NCBI GenBank assembly: GCA_913052475.1
Contig: CAJXEJ010000007.1
Coordinates: forward strand, 911-64,910
Reading direction: 5' to 3'
From: an uncultured Dehalococcoidia bacterium
GTDB lineage: Bacteria > Chloroflexota > Dehalococcoidia > Lucifugimonadales > Lucifugimonadaceae
Length of the DNA: 64,000 nucleotides
The notes under the pieces were generated by a model. It was given only the letters and a program-made list of their open reading frames with translations, was not told the DNA's origin and ran no database searches. Below are positions 51,934-61,817 of the stretch, piece after piece. Position 1 is the first letter of the stretch; each line of letters opens with the position of its first letter. The position numbers and the translations under genes were made by a program.

Positions 51934-52503
51934 ATGGATCTTTCGTTCGACAACGACATCTCACGTCTCGCCAGATTCCGGCGAGAACTCCGCAACCCCT
52001 CGATGTGGACGATTTTCATCATCGTCACGGTTGCCGCAGTGGTCGTTTTTGCACCGTTCGCCCATGGTTGGGTCGAGACGGCTCGCAGCAGTTTCAAGTC
52101 GGTGGCAAGGCAGAAGGAAATTCAGGACAAGAGCATGATCTCGCTCGGTGCGATCGTTCCAAGCCAGATCGCTCCGTGGATGGGGCAGCAGGTCAACACA
52201 ATGATCCGAGCTGAAGGACCGGTCGAATGGCGAGTGGTGTCGTTCCGTGCCGGACCATGTGACACAGGGAATCTTTCTCAGCTACCTGCGAGCAAGTATT
52301 CGACATCAATTGCGACCGCGTGTAACGATCTCGACAGCATTCAGCAGCGGTATTCGGGATCTTGCTTCCTTGCTTCAGACTGCAACGTTCCGGAAGTTGC
52401 CAAGAACGAGTTGAAGGCGGCTATGGGATTGGTTTGGGAAGCATTCTCCGACGCAGGATTTGTTCTGCCCTACGACGAACTTGAACAGCAAGTTTATCCG
52501 TAG
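51934..52503 (+). CDS. Hypothetical membrane-anchored 4-Cys protein, paralog 2
   Basis: RRELRNPSMWT, one TM helix, same Cys spacing. Confidence 0.88.
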   Translation: MDLSFDNDISRLARFRRELRNPSMWTIFIIVTVAAVVVFAPFAHGWVETARSSFKSVARQKEIQDKSMISLGAIVPSQIAPWMGQQVNTMIRAEGPVEWRVVSFRAGPCDTGNLSQLPASKYSTSIATACNDLDSIQQRYSGSCFLASDCNVPEVAKNELKAAMGLVWEAFSDAGFVLPYDELEQQVYP

Positions 52504-52631
52504 GTAGCACTTTGCCTTACGACATTGTTGTCGTTCTACTTTACACTGTCCTGCGAGATCATTATCACCACCAGTCCACGATGCGCATGTCTTTTGGAAA
52601 TAGCTATATCACGGCGTGAGGGCAACTGACC

Positions 52632-53162
52632 ATGACGTTCGAGTATGAAGAAGATAATTCGCTGTCGGAGCGCATTCGAAGGGAACTTCGCAATCCTTCG
52701 ATGCGGACGATCTTTATCTCTATTGTTGTTGTAATCGCTGTGGTTTCAGCTCCATTTGCGCCAGGTTGGATCAGCTCGACGAAATCGGGAATCAACGAGG
52801 TTACGGCTGATCACGACTTGCAAACTTCATCGAGACTTCCGAACGATGACCTCACTGACGAGCAGATCTCGCCGTACCTCATCGAGAAAGCCGAGACGAT
52901 GCGAGATGCCACAGGGCCGTTCCAGTGGGAGATCGTCAACTTCCGTTTTGGTCCCTGTGATCCCGATGCGCTTGCTGCGCATTCGGACGGTGCTTTCCGC
53001 ACGGCACTTACCGATTCGTGTACTTCGCTCGCCGACATTCAGGGTCGCTACCAGCGTGATTGCTACATAGCTGCGTCATGCAACGTTTCTGATGAGGCCA
53101 AAAATGGGCTGAATGCCGTTATCGCGGTTCTCCAGAAGGCACAGATCAACGCCGGGTATTAG
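52632..53162 (+). CDS. Hypothetical membrane-anchored 4-Cys protein, paralog 3
   Basis: RRELRNPSMRT, one TM helix, same Cys spacing; GAGG RBS. Confidence 0.88.
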   Translation: MTFEYEEDNSLSERIRRELRNPSMRTIFISIVVVIAVVSAPFAPGWISSTKSGINEVTADHDLQTSSRLPNDDLTDEQISPYLIEKAETMRDATGPFQWEIVNFRFGPCDPDALAAHSDGAFRTALTDSCTSLADIQGRYQRDCYIAASCNVSDEAKNGLNAVIAVLQKAQINAGY

Positions 53163-53505
53163 CCAGCGGTCTTTGCCAAACCAAGGCAACAACGTCAAAC
53201 CTGCGCGCCAGTCGGGATGTCACTACAATTTGTGGCAGTCGTGCAGCGATTCGGTCGGCGATTGATTCTGAGACTGGTTGTGGGTGTGTAGAAAACCATG
53301 TGAGTGTCTCTCGAATTGCATCATCGCGGCTGATTACGTGCTCATCATAGACTGCTGTGAAATTTTCTTCGTTTTTGAACTTGTGAGCTAGGCATGATTG
53401 CCAAATCGACCTGCAGATACGGCCACTGCTAGACTGCCGTCGAATTAGCGTTTTGAAGTTATACGAATATGGTTTCGTCAACTCAGTGAGGATGTTCTTC
53501 AACAC

Positions 53506-55221
53506 ATGGACAGCAGCTTAACTCCACATGGCTTGATCGGTGAAGCTTATCGACCCCCTAAGATCGGCGGCAAGGGCGCAGTCGTCGCTAACCACACGAT
53601 GGCTAGTCAGGCAGGTATGCGAATACTCCATCAGGGTGGGAACGCCGTTGATGCAGCAGTTGCCGTGGCGTTCGCTCTCGGAGCAGCCGAACCGCAAGGT
53701 TCATCAATCGGTGGCGATGGGTTCGTGATGGTCCATATGGCGGCAAACAAGACTGTCGAAGTTGCTAACGGTACAGGTGCTGCACCACTGTCTGCAACCT
53801 CTGAAAAGTACCCTGATGGAATTCCTTATACTGGCATTCTCGGCACTTCGGTTCCCGGCATAGTCGATGCGCTGCTGAGCGCACACGAACGGTACGGCAC
53901 TATGACTCTGGCTCAGTGTCTGGATCCGTCAATCGAGCTTTGCGAAGACGGCGTCCCGGTTTCTGACTTTCAATCTCGAATGGCTGCTCAAAATCCCGTC
54001 CTTCGGAGTTCATCAACATCCGGTCCGATATTTGCTCCGAACGGTAGTTGGTTGAAGCCTGGCGAGCTTCGTCGGAATCCCGATCTGGCCCGTACTTACC
54101 GGCAAATCGCTGACTTGGGGCGAGATGCTTTCTACGAAGGTGATATTGCTCGTGAAATTGCACGGTATTCAGAAGAGCAGGATGGGCTGCTCACCTATGA
54201 AGATCTCAAGCGGCACAAGGTTCAGTGGCAGGCTCCTGTATCGATTAATTACCGGGGACGGACGGTTTATGAGGCGCCGCCGAATTCGAGTGGTCATGTT
54301 TTGTTGCAAGAACTGGCTATGTTTGAACGATTCGATACGAACCAGTACGGCCACATGAGTGCAGAGTCGGTCCATTTAATGGTGGAAGCTAAGAAGCTGG
54401 CGTTTGCAGATCGTGAGGCTTACATGGCCGATCCGAACTTCGTTGACGTTCCAATCGAGGGCTTGTTGAACCCAGAATATCTTGCTGAGCGCTCTGCACT
54501 GATCGATATTGAGCGTGCTGCCGAGAACGTCATAGAAGGCGATCCATGGGCGTACATGGACCGTTTACCCGACTCGGCGAAAAAACACCGTCAAGGCGGT
54601 CGCTTGCACGAGGCAGGTAGCGACACGACCCACTTCTGTGTGGTCGATCGTTGGGGCAATTCAGTTGGCGAGTTGCAGAGTATTCAAACGATGTTCGGAT
54701 CGTGCGTAATTGCGGGATCAACCGGGATTCTGATGAACAACCGAATGACCTACTGGCACCTTGAACCCGATCACATCGACTATCTCAATCCGGGCCAGCG
54801 GGTTCGCCACACGATGAATCCCGTGATGGTGTTCTCGAAGCCCGTCGAAGAAGGCGGTCGATTGGAGCTGGTATGTGGTACCCCGGGAGCCGACACGCAG
54901 GTCCAGACCAACATGCAGGTCGTGACGAGTGTGTTCGACTACGGCTTAAGCGTTGTGGAAGCAATCGATGGCCCTCGTTGGACGCACAATCAAGCAGGTA
55001 CGGGTTCAGCCGCACCTCGATCAACGACGGATTCGTTGCAGATTGAGGATCGAGCGGGTGAGGATGTGATCAACGGACTAGCACAACGCGGCCAACCGAT
55101 CGAGTCGACCGGTGGGTGGGGTGGAGCGGGAAGTGAGGGTGCTATTCAGGTTGATCTCGAAAACGGCACGCTGTTCGCCGCTTCAGATCCCCGACGTGAA
55201 GGAGATGCCCTCGTCTGGTGA
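53506..55221 (+). CDS. ggt: Gamma-glutamyltransferase family (Ntn hydrolase)
   Basis: GGNAVDAAVA, PPNSSG, DTTHFCVVD autoprocessing Thr, GTPG, DPRREG. Confidence 0.92.
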   Translation: MDSSLTPHGLIGEAYRPPKIGGKGAVVANHTMASQAGMRILHQGGNAVDAAVAVAFALGAAEPQGSSIGGDGFVMVHMAANKTVEVANGTGAAPLSATSEKYPDGIPYTGILGTSVPGIVDALLSAHERYGTMTLAQCLDPSIELCEDGVPVSDFQSRMAAQNPVLRSSSTSGPIFAPNGSWLKPGELRRNPDLARTYRQIADLGRDAFYEGDIAREIARYSEEQDGLLTYEDLKRHKVQWQAPVSINYRGRTVYEAPPNSSGHVLLQELAMFERFDTNQYGHMSAESVHLMVEAKKLAFADREAYMADPNFVDVPIEGLLNPEYLAERSALIDIERAAENVIEGDPWAYMDRLPDSAKKHRQGGRLHEAGSDTTHFCVVDRWGNSVGELQSIQTMFGSCVIAGSTGILMNNRMTYWHLEPDHIDYLNPGQRVRHTMNPVMVFSKPVEEGGRLELVCGTPGADTQVQTNMQVVTSVFDYGLSVVEAIDGPRWTHNQAGTGSAAPRSTTDSLQIEDRAGEDVINGLAQRGQPIESTGGWGGAGSEGAIQVDLENGTLFAASDPRREGDALVW

Positions 55222-55300
55222 GTGAGTGGCATTATCATTTTTAAGGGCTCTGGATTTGGTCGTGAGTTGGCGTGGTGGGGAGCGTTGAGTGCAACGTAAA

Positions 55301-55401
55301 ATCCTCTCCTACTGGAGAGGAATTAGGTGATAGTGGAATCTCACGCCAGAAACGGTGATCGCCGCCCCCCTCATCCCAATCTTTTCCTCACCGAGAAGAG
55401 G
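55301..55401. repeat. Two degenerate CCTCTCC..GGAGAGG repeats in opposite orientation
   Basis: ATCCTCTCCTACTGGAGAGGAATTAGGTGA and CCCCCCTCATCCCAATCTTTTCCTCACCGAGAAGAGG between convergent genes. Confidence 0.5.
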
Positions 55402-55423
55402 CCGGAAGCTAGCGTGTTCAGGT

Positions 55424-55966
55424 TTAACTCCAAAAAACCAACAAATCTCGGATTGCTTCGAGTGCTTCGAAGAATGTGAAACTATCGAGATATTGTCCGC
55501 CGTGTAGGACCCATTCTTGCCCTAGCTTGAGAACGAGAATGACAAGGAACCATTTCACGATTCGTTCTCGGGTTATCTCGTAGTTTGGCCAGTAGTGCTT
55601 TCGGATCGCAACGAAAACGAACCAGAATTCAAAAACGTTCGGGAATGCGAGGAGAATTGGTCGAGCCTGAGTGAATTCGAACGTTGTGAATCCGATCATG
55701 CGGAAGGCGAACAGGCCAAGTGCGATTTTTCGATCTGGACCATCCCATTTGTTAGCGACCCACAGGAACGTGAGCATGTAGACCAGGTCGGCCCACTTAT
55801 CGAACGCTTGATAGTTTCTGAGACCACCGAGTTCGAGTGCTTCTTGAAGGAATAGGTCAGAGAAATCGACGACGATCGCGATCAAAGCACCCGCGAACGC
55901 CCATCGCAGCACGGGTAGTGAACCCACTACTCGGATGAGTCCTATGACGAGTTGTTCGAGAGTCAT
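55424..55966 (-). CDS. Hypothetical membrane protein
   Basis: Multiple TM helices; DFSD...DKWAD acidic motif. Confidence 0.8.
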   Translation of the reverse strand: MTLEQLVIGLIRVVGSLPVLRWAFAGALIAIVVDFSDLFLQEALELGGLRNYQAFDKWADLVYMLTFLWVANKWDGPDRKIALGLFAFRMIGFTTFEFTQARPILLAFPNVFEFWFVFVAIRKHYWPNYEITRERIVKWFLVILVLKLGQEWVLHGGQYLDSFTFFEALEAIRDLLVFWS

Positions 55967-56113
55967 TTGTTTTCTTGAGGACACTTTGCTGTAGCGTGAT
56001 CAACCTGCGGTCACCTCGGAGCGACAGACAGCACGCCCAGTTCGTCCTCTGCCCACTATAATCACCCGCGTCCGAATTATTCATTCCCTGCCATCAATCC
56101 TCAAGAGAAAAAT

Positions 56114-57052
56114 ATGAAATACCGTCACCTCGGAAATTCTGGTCTTGAAGTCAGCGTTATTGGTCTTGGCACCAACAATTTCGGCGGACGTATGGAGTAC
56201 AAAGAGGCCCATGAAGTGATCTTTGCCGCCCTCGACGAAGGCATCAATCTCATCGACACGGCGAATATGTATTCGCACGGAAACTCTGAAGAGATAATCG
56301 GGCGGTCTTTAACCGATCGGCGTGACGAGGCGCTAATCGCGACAAAGTTTGGCATGGTTTGGGGGGACGGTCCCCACGGCAAAGGAGGATCGCGCAAGCA
56401 CATGATGGACTCGCTGGAAGGCTCGTTGCGTAGGCTTCAGACCGACTACGTTGATCTCTACCAGATACATCGTCAGGATCCCGAAACTCCGATCGAAGAG
56501 ACGCTTCGCGCACTTGACGATGCAGTTCGAGACGGCAAGATTCGCTACATTGGACTTTCGAACTTCGATCCGTGGCGAATCGCTGATGCGCAGTGGACAG
56601 CGCGACATCACGGTCTCACGCAGTTCATTTCGTCGCAACCGGAGTATTCGATGCTCGAACGTGGCGCTGAGCGTGCAGTTCTACCTGTGTGTGAAGAGTT
56701 CGGACTTGGTACGCTACCTTATTTCCCGCTTGCGCACGGATTTTTGACTGGCAAGTACCGTCGTAACGAAGCGGTTCCTGACAACACACGATTGGCTCAC
56801 ACTCCGGCTGCTCAGGAGAAGCGACTATCCGAAGCGAACTTCGACATTCTCGATCAGCTTGAGGTTTTCGTCGAGAAGCGCGGACACACGATGGCCGAAC
56901 TGGCTTTCGCCTGGATTCTCGCCCGGAAGTCGGTGGGATCAGTGATCGCAGGTGCTAGCACGGCAGATCAAATTCGCCAGAACGCCGCTGCCGCTGAATG
57001 GGAGTTGACGTCTGATGAAATGGATGAACTGACAGGAATTCTGGACGGTTAA
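56114..57052 (+). CDS. Aldo/keto reductase
   Basis: IGLGT, IDTANMY, IATKFG, YVDLYQIH, YIGLSN, YFPLAHG. Confidence 0.95.
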   Translation: MKYRHLGNSGLEVSVIGLGTNNFGGRMEYKEAHEVIFAALDEGINLIDTANMYSHGNSEEIIGRSLTDRRDEALIATKFGMVWGDGPHGKGGSRKHMMDSLEGSLRRLQTDYVDLYQIHRQDPETPIEETLRALDDAVRDGKIRYIGLSNFDPWRIADAQWTARHHGLTQFISSQPEYSMLERGAERAVLPVCEEFGLGTLPYFPLAHGFLTGKYRRNEAVPDNTRLAHTPAAQEKRLSEANFDILDQLEVFVEKRGHTMAELAFAWILARKSVGSVIAGASTADQIRQNAAAAEWELTSDEMDELTGILDG

Positions 57053-57239
57053 TTTTATGCGAAACGTCCACATCAGAGACAGCTGAATGACGGAAAACAG
57101 TTCGGTTTCATTACCGCCCCACGAGCTCCTAGTCGAAAGTTATTTCGCCGTTGCCGTGGGTTATCGGATCACCTAGAACGGTCGTGTTACGCACGATCAT
57201 CTGTGTCGGGGTGTATTTTCAGCGGTGGAAAAGGCGTAG

Positions 57240-57548
57240 CTATTTCTTCGAAAATGTTCTCCTGCTCGGGCTCGGTTGTGGCTGCGGGAGCGACCGTGGA
57301 GTGATTGGAATACTAGTAAGGATGGCATTCGAAGTGGCGGTTGGCTCGATCGTGGCTGCTGTCGGTTTTGGAAGTGCTTGTGCGCTTGTTAAACCAGACA
57401 GATCGTCATCGGCACCGACTGTGTCAGCCGCGCTGGAGGACGGAATATCTTCGATAGAAGGCGTATCGGCAGATGAGCAGGAAGTTACGAATTCAGTGAG
57501 GAGAGTTGCGAGTGCGACGAGTGTGACATCTTTTGTCTTGATCATCAC
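57240..57548 (-). pseudogene. Truncated Pro/Thr-rich lipoprotein-like ORF
   Basis: Signal-like N-terminus with VTSC, low-complexity PT/QP stretch, early stop. Confidence 0.3.
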
Positions 57549-57656
57549 CTCATCACGAAACTTAGTTCTGCATCCGGCATCCGTGATTCCACATATTGGC
57601 ACGAGCCGTCATATTCGATGTTGGTGAGCCCGACAAGTCTGTAGAGTATTGACCTC

Positions 57657-59156
57657 ATGCCAGAACACATCCTCGCAATAGACCAGGGAACGACTTCCAC
57701 ACGAGCGATAGTTTTCGATTCCGTGGCTTCGCCTGTCGCATCCGCCCAGATTGAGCTTTCGCAGTATTTTCCGCAACCCGGATGGATCGAGCACGATCCG
57801 ATCGAAATAGCCGAAGCTGCTGTTAACGTCGCGAGGCAAGCTATCGGGCGCGCGCAGCTTGCGCCGGGAGATATCGCGGCAATCGGTATTACGAATCAGC
57901 GAGAGACAACGATCGTCTGGGAGCGGGAGACGGGTCGACCAGTTGCCAACGCCATCGTGTGGCAGGACCGGCGAACTGCCGAGATCTGTCTGGACATCAA
58001 CAAGACAAAGCGTCGTGATATCCGACAGGTCACGGGACTGGTCGTCGACCCCTATTTCAGCGCGACGAAATTAATGTGGCTTTTATCGACGATTCCCAAC
58101 GGGCAGGCTCGTGCCGAAGCGGGTGAGTTGTGCTTCGGGACGGTCGATTCCTGGCTGTTGTGGCATCTGACAAACGGTGAAGTGCATGCCACCGACGCAA
58201 CCAACGCCTCTCGAACGATGCTGCTGAACCTGCACGATCTTCAATGGGATCCGGAGATGCTGCGTATTTTCGATATTCCGGAAGTAATGCTGCCAGAGGT
58301 TCGAGGATCGGCGGACGATTTTGGTGTGACCGACAAGTCGGTATTCGGAGCGGAAATTCCGATTACGGCGATGGCAGGCGACCAACACGCCGCACTATAC
58401 GGACAGACGTGTTTTAAAAACGGTCAGGTGAAGTGCACCTACGGGACCGGGGCGTTCGTGTTGGCGAACAAGGGAACTAATGTTCCTTTACAGAGTTCTG
58501 ACGGTAATGATGCGGGGTTACTGACAACTCTTGGATATCGGCTTGGCTCTCGCAAAACTTACGCGATTGAAGGATCGGTATTCGTAACCGGAGCCACGGT
58601 GCAGTGGTTGCGGGACGGTCTCGGCGTGATATCGAATGCGCTTGATACGGTTGATATGGCGATGGCGGTCGGCTCGAATGCGGGAGTGTATTTCGTGCCG
58701 GCTTTCGTTGGGCTTGGTGCACCCCACTGGCAGCCCGATGCTACTGGCTCCATCACCGGCCTTACACGTGGGAGTGATAAGAATCACATCGTGCGAGCGG
58801 CTCTGGAATCGACCGCGTATCAGGTGAAGGATGTTGTCGATGCTATGGAAGCGGGTCGACCTCGGTCTAGTCAGTCAATTCGAGCAGATGGCGGGCAGAG
58901 CGCCAATCCTTTTGTCATGCAGTTCCAGGCCGATATTCTGGATCGACCAGTGGAGGTTGCGAGCATCACTGAAACCACGGCACTGGGTGCTGCTTTCCTG
59001 GCGGGTAGAGGGATTGGTCTGTGGCGATCGGACTCAGAGATTGAGGCAATGTGGAAATCGTCAGCAGTTTACGAACCGTCGATGAGTGAGTCGGAGCGCA
59101 ATTCCCTGTACTCAGGCTGGCTCGAGGCCCTGCGGCGCACCTCACCGCGAATATAG
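57657..59156 (+). CDS. glpK: Glycerol kinase
   Basis: AIDQGTTSTR, GITNQRETT, DATNASRT, GDQ, KCTYGTG, ETTALGAA. Confidence 0.95.
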   Translation: MPEHILAIDQGTTSTRAIVFDSVASPVASAQIELSQYFPQPGWIEHDPIEIAEAAVNVARQAIGRAQLAPGDIAAIGITNQRETTIVWERETGRPVANAIVWQDRRTAEICLDINKTKRRDIRQVTGLVVDPYFSATKLMWLLSTIPNGQARAEAGELCFGTVDSWLLWHLTNGEVHATDATNASRTMLLNLHDLQWDPEMLRIFDIPEVMLPEVRGSADDFGVTDKSVFGAEIPITAMAGDQHAALYGQTCFKNGQVKCTYGTGAFVLANKGTNVPLQSSDGNDAGLLTTLGYRLGSRKTYAIEGSVFVTGATVQWLRDGLGVISNALDTVDMAMAVGSNAGVYFVPAFVGLGAPHWQPDATGSITGLTRGSDKNHIVRAALESTAYQVKDVVDAMEAGRPRSSQSIRADGGQSANPFVMQFQADILDRPVEVASITETTALGAAFLAGRGIGLWRSDSEIEAMWKSSAVYEPSMSESERNSLYSGWLEALRRTSPRI

Positions 59157-59350
59157 GGGACCGTCGTGAAAATCGTTATATCCGGAGTGATCGGCACGAT
59201 GGTTCGGTGAGTCGCTGGTTTCACTGGCGCTGGTACAAGGCACCGAAGCAGCAATTGGCTTTGCATCTGCCGGATAAAGACTCACCAAATGCCTGATCGC
59301 CTGCTAACCTGCCGCCAGTTTGTAGCTGCTAAGTGCGGGAGGCATGATTT

Positions 59351-60391
59351 ATGTACGTAGGAACTCAGGTAGGTGCACGAAACGACTCGGATTTTGAACA
59401 GTGGGCACAACTGGGAGTCGTAAATATCTGCTCCGATCCGTCGGGCGATCCTCACAAGTGGACGCGCGAAGATCTGGCTCGCCATAAGGAGAAAGTCAAC
59501 TCCTACGGCATCGAGCTCGACATGGTGCAGATTCCGCTTTCTTCAACACCGCTTGATCAATCACAGTCACCAAACATCATGCTCGGCAAGAGTCCGGAGC
59601 GAGATCGCGAGATCGAGTCTATCCAGAACATCATTCGAATGTGTGGTGAAGTTGGAATTCCGGCGGTCAAGTACAACATGAACATTATCGGCATACCGCG
59701 TTCCGAGCGAGAAGAGGGTCGTGGCGGTTCGTCGAACTCTACATTTCGTTGGGCTAAGATGAATCAGGACGATCCGACAACGATCGCTGGGGTTGTTGGT
59801 GTCGACGAAAACTGGGAGCGAATCGACTACTTCCTCGAACGGGCAGTCCCGGCTGCTGAATCGGCGAAAGTTAGACTCGCCTGTCACCCGCACGATCCTT
59901 ACACACCAGATGGTTACATGGGCGTGACTCGAGTGCTCGGGACGATTGATGGGATGAAGAAATTCGTGCAGATGCATGAAAGTCCGTACCACGGCCTTAA
60001 CTTTTGCCAGGGCACGGTTACTGAGATGCTCGATGATCCGGGTGAAGAAATCGCTGACGTGATCCGCTGGTTCGGTTCGAGAGAGAAAATCTTCAACGTG
60101 CACTTCCGCAACATTCGCGGTCACAAACTAGACTTCATGGAGTCTTTCCCCGACGAAGGTTCGATCGACTTCTCGGAGATCATCAAGATCTACAAGGAGG
60201 TTGGGTACAAATACATGCTGATGCCCGACCACGTTCCGTGGATCAGCGGTGATGACCCGCAGGGTGCGGCGTTTGCGTTCTGCTACGGCTATATTTCAGC
60301 GCTGCTGCAAACGGTCAAAGAGCCTCGGAAGCAGCCATGGGTAACCAAGGAACCGGGTCAACACAAGACGGCGGCATGGCAGGCGAACTGA
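59351..60391 (+). CDS. Mannonate dehydratase (UxuA) family
   Basis: LACHPHDP, GLNFCQG, VHFRN, MPDHVP; GGAGG RBS. Confidence 0.88.
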   Translation: MYVGTQVGARNDSDFEQWAQLGVVNICSDPSGDPHKWTREDLARHKEKVNSYGIELDMVQIPLSSTPLDQSQSPNIMLGKSPERDREIESIQNIIRMCGEVGIPAVKYNMNIIGIPRSEREEGRGGSSNSTFRWAKMNQDDPTTIAGVVGVDENWERIDYFLERAVPAAESAKVRLACHPHDPYTPDGYMGVTRVLGTIDGMKKFVQMHESPYHGLNFCQGTVTEMLDDPGEEIADVIRWFGSREKIFNVHFRNIRGHKLDFMESFPDEGSIDFSEIIKIYKEVGYKYMLMPDHVPWISGDDPQGAAFAFCYGYISALLQTVKEPRKQPWVTKEPGQHKTAAWQAN

Positions 60392-60449
60392 GAACCTAAT
60401 CGTCACTCGATGTGGCAGTGGACGCTGCGAGCATGAGAGAGAAAATGAA

Positions 60450-61093
60450 ATGGGAAGTGAACTATTAAATGATCGGATTCGTGCTGGAGAGGAATACAAC
60501 GAGGTCCGCAATGAGATGGATAGCACGGCCGAACAAGTGCAGGAGATTATCCGCACGCAGTCGCCGGATATTATCTACGTCGATAGCCAGCACGGCCGCA
60601 CACCGAATGGGACATCGTTCGAATCTGCAAATCCGCCGAGGAGCTGGGGGTGGGTGTGATTCTGCGAATCAAGCACACTCGTTACGCTCATTTAGCTGGC
60701 AATTATCTTGATCTGGGATTGCTTGGAATCAAGGTCCCTGAGGTCGAGGATCCAGAGGTTGTTCAGGAGGCAATAAATGCCTTTTATTATCCACCGATCG
60801 GTCGACGAAGCTGGGGCGGCGAAGTCGGATTCGGAAAGTCGGATATTGAAGATCGTGTCGAGTATTCCAGATGGTGGAATAAGACCGGAATTCTGGCAAT
60901 TAAGATCGAGTCGATAAAGGCCGTATTGAACATCCGAGATATCATTGATCCGTTGCTTACGTTTATGGATGACGGGGCAAACGATCTGAATTTTAGTCTT
61001 GAAACTACCCCTCATCTGGAATTGAAGACATACGAAGACTGCAGAGCGTTCGTGGACAAAGAATTCGCCGATGTAGATATTCGCGTGAAATAG
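60450..61093 (+). pseudogene. HpcH-like aldolase split by a 1-nt frameshift
   Basis: DIIYVDSQHG continues after a shift near 60598 as HTEWDIVRICKSAEELGVGVILRIKH...YYPPIGRRSWGG...KIES. Confidence 0.75.
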
Positions 61094-61149
61094 TGGAGCA
61101 ACTGTGGTTTTCGACATCGAATGTCAGTTTGTGCGGTCGAAATCCCAAA

Positions 61150-61175
61150 GTCATCCTTAACTCTGTTCAGGATGA
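61150..61175. repeat. GTCATCCTGA-family palindromic repeat
   Basis: GTCATCCTTAACTCTGTTCAGGATGA. Confidence 0.5.
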
Positions 61176-61303
61176 TATTAAAGCAAACGGTTGATGGGCC
61201 GATCGATCGTGCGGTCGTATGAGGTACTGGATCAACTATTTTCATCGGGACAGACAAGGTGCTTGACAGTTGAACGAATTTGGTCAGACAGGAAGATGGT
61301 TGA

Positions 61304-61807
61304 ATGGCAGAACAAGAAGAAGCAAACAATCCGATCGCATACCGTTCCCACGTTAGAATAGAGCGGGTGAAGGGGCCGATTCGTCGGGCGTTTGTGCCTG
61401 CGCATGATGGGCCGGTGATGCTGGGAGTTCACTCCGAGGTTGCCGAGCACTACGGAGTCGACAACAACGTGATCGATCCGTACACGACCACTCTTGATTA
61501 CATTATTGCCGCGGCCGCTGGCTGAATGATCGGAACATTTGGCGGTGCCCTTGAGGCCCGAGGGGTTCCGGCCGGAGACGGTTTTCTTATCTCAGAATCA
61601 GAAGGTCAGCTTGAGAAAGAAAACAACATTCTTGTCATCAAGCGCGTTCACATCAAGTACATCCTGAACGTTGACAAAGCTCTATACGCCGAAAAAGAAT
61701 CGGCCATCCAGCGAGCGTTCGATCTGCACCACGATTCATGCCCCGTCTACCGAAGCATCCACGCCAGCATCGACATCACAAAAGAGCTTGAGGTAGTCGA
61801 GACGTAG
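61304..61807 (+). CDS. OsmC-like peroxiredoxin, probable selenoprotein (UGA = Sec74)
   Basis: Two contiguous in-frame ORFs join as YIIAAAAG-U-MIGTFGGALEARG...CPVY; hairpin after the UGA. Confidence 0.82.
61530..61571 (+). promoter_or_regulatory. Candidate bacterial SECIS element
   Basis: CGGAAC/GTTCCG lower stem, CCCTTG/CGAGGG upper stem, AGGCC loop starting 28 nt after the TGA. Confidence 0.55.
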
Positions 61808-61817
61808 CGTACAGTGA

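Noticed and set aside
51147..53162. Tandem paralogs as type IV/Flp pilins
   Set aside because: No G|F-x3-E prepilin cleavage motif and no pilus assembly genes in the window.
53146..53505. 119-aa minus-strand ORF
   Set aside because: No recognisable motif or RBS and it abuts the ggt start; possibly a remnant but unsupported.
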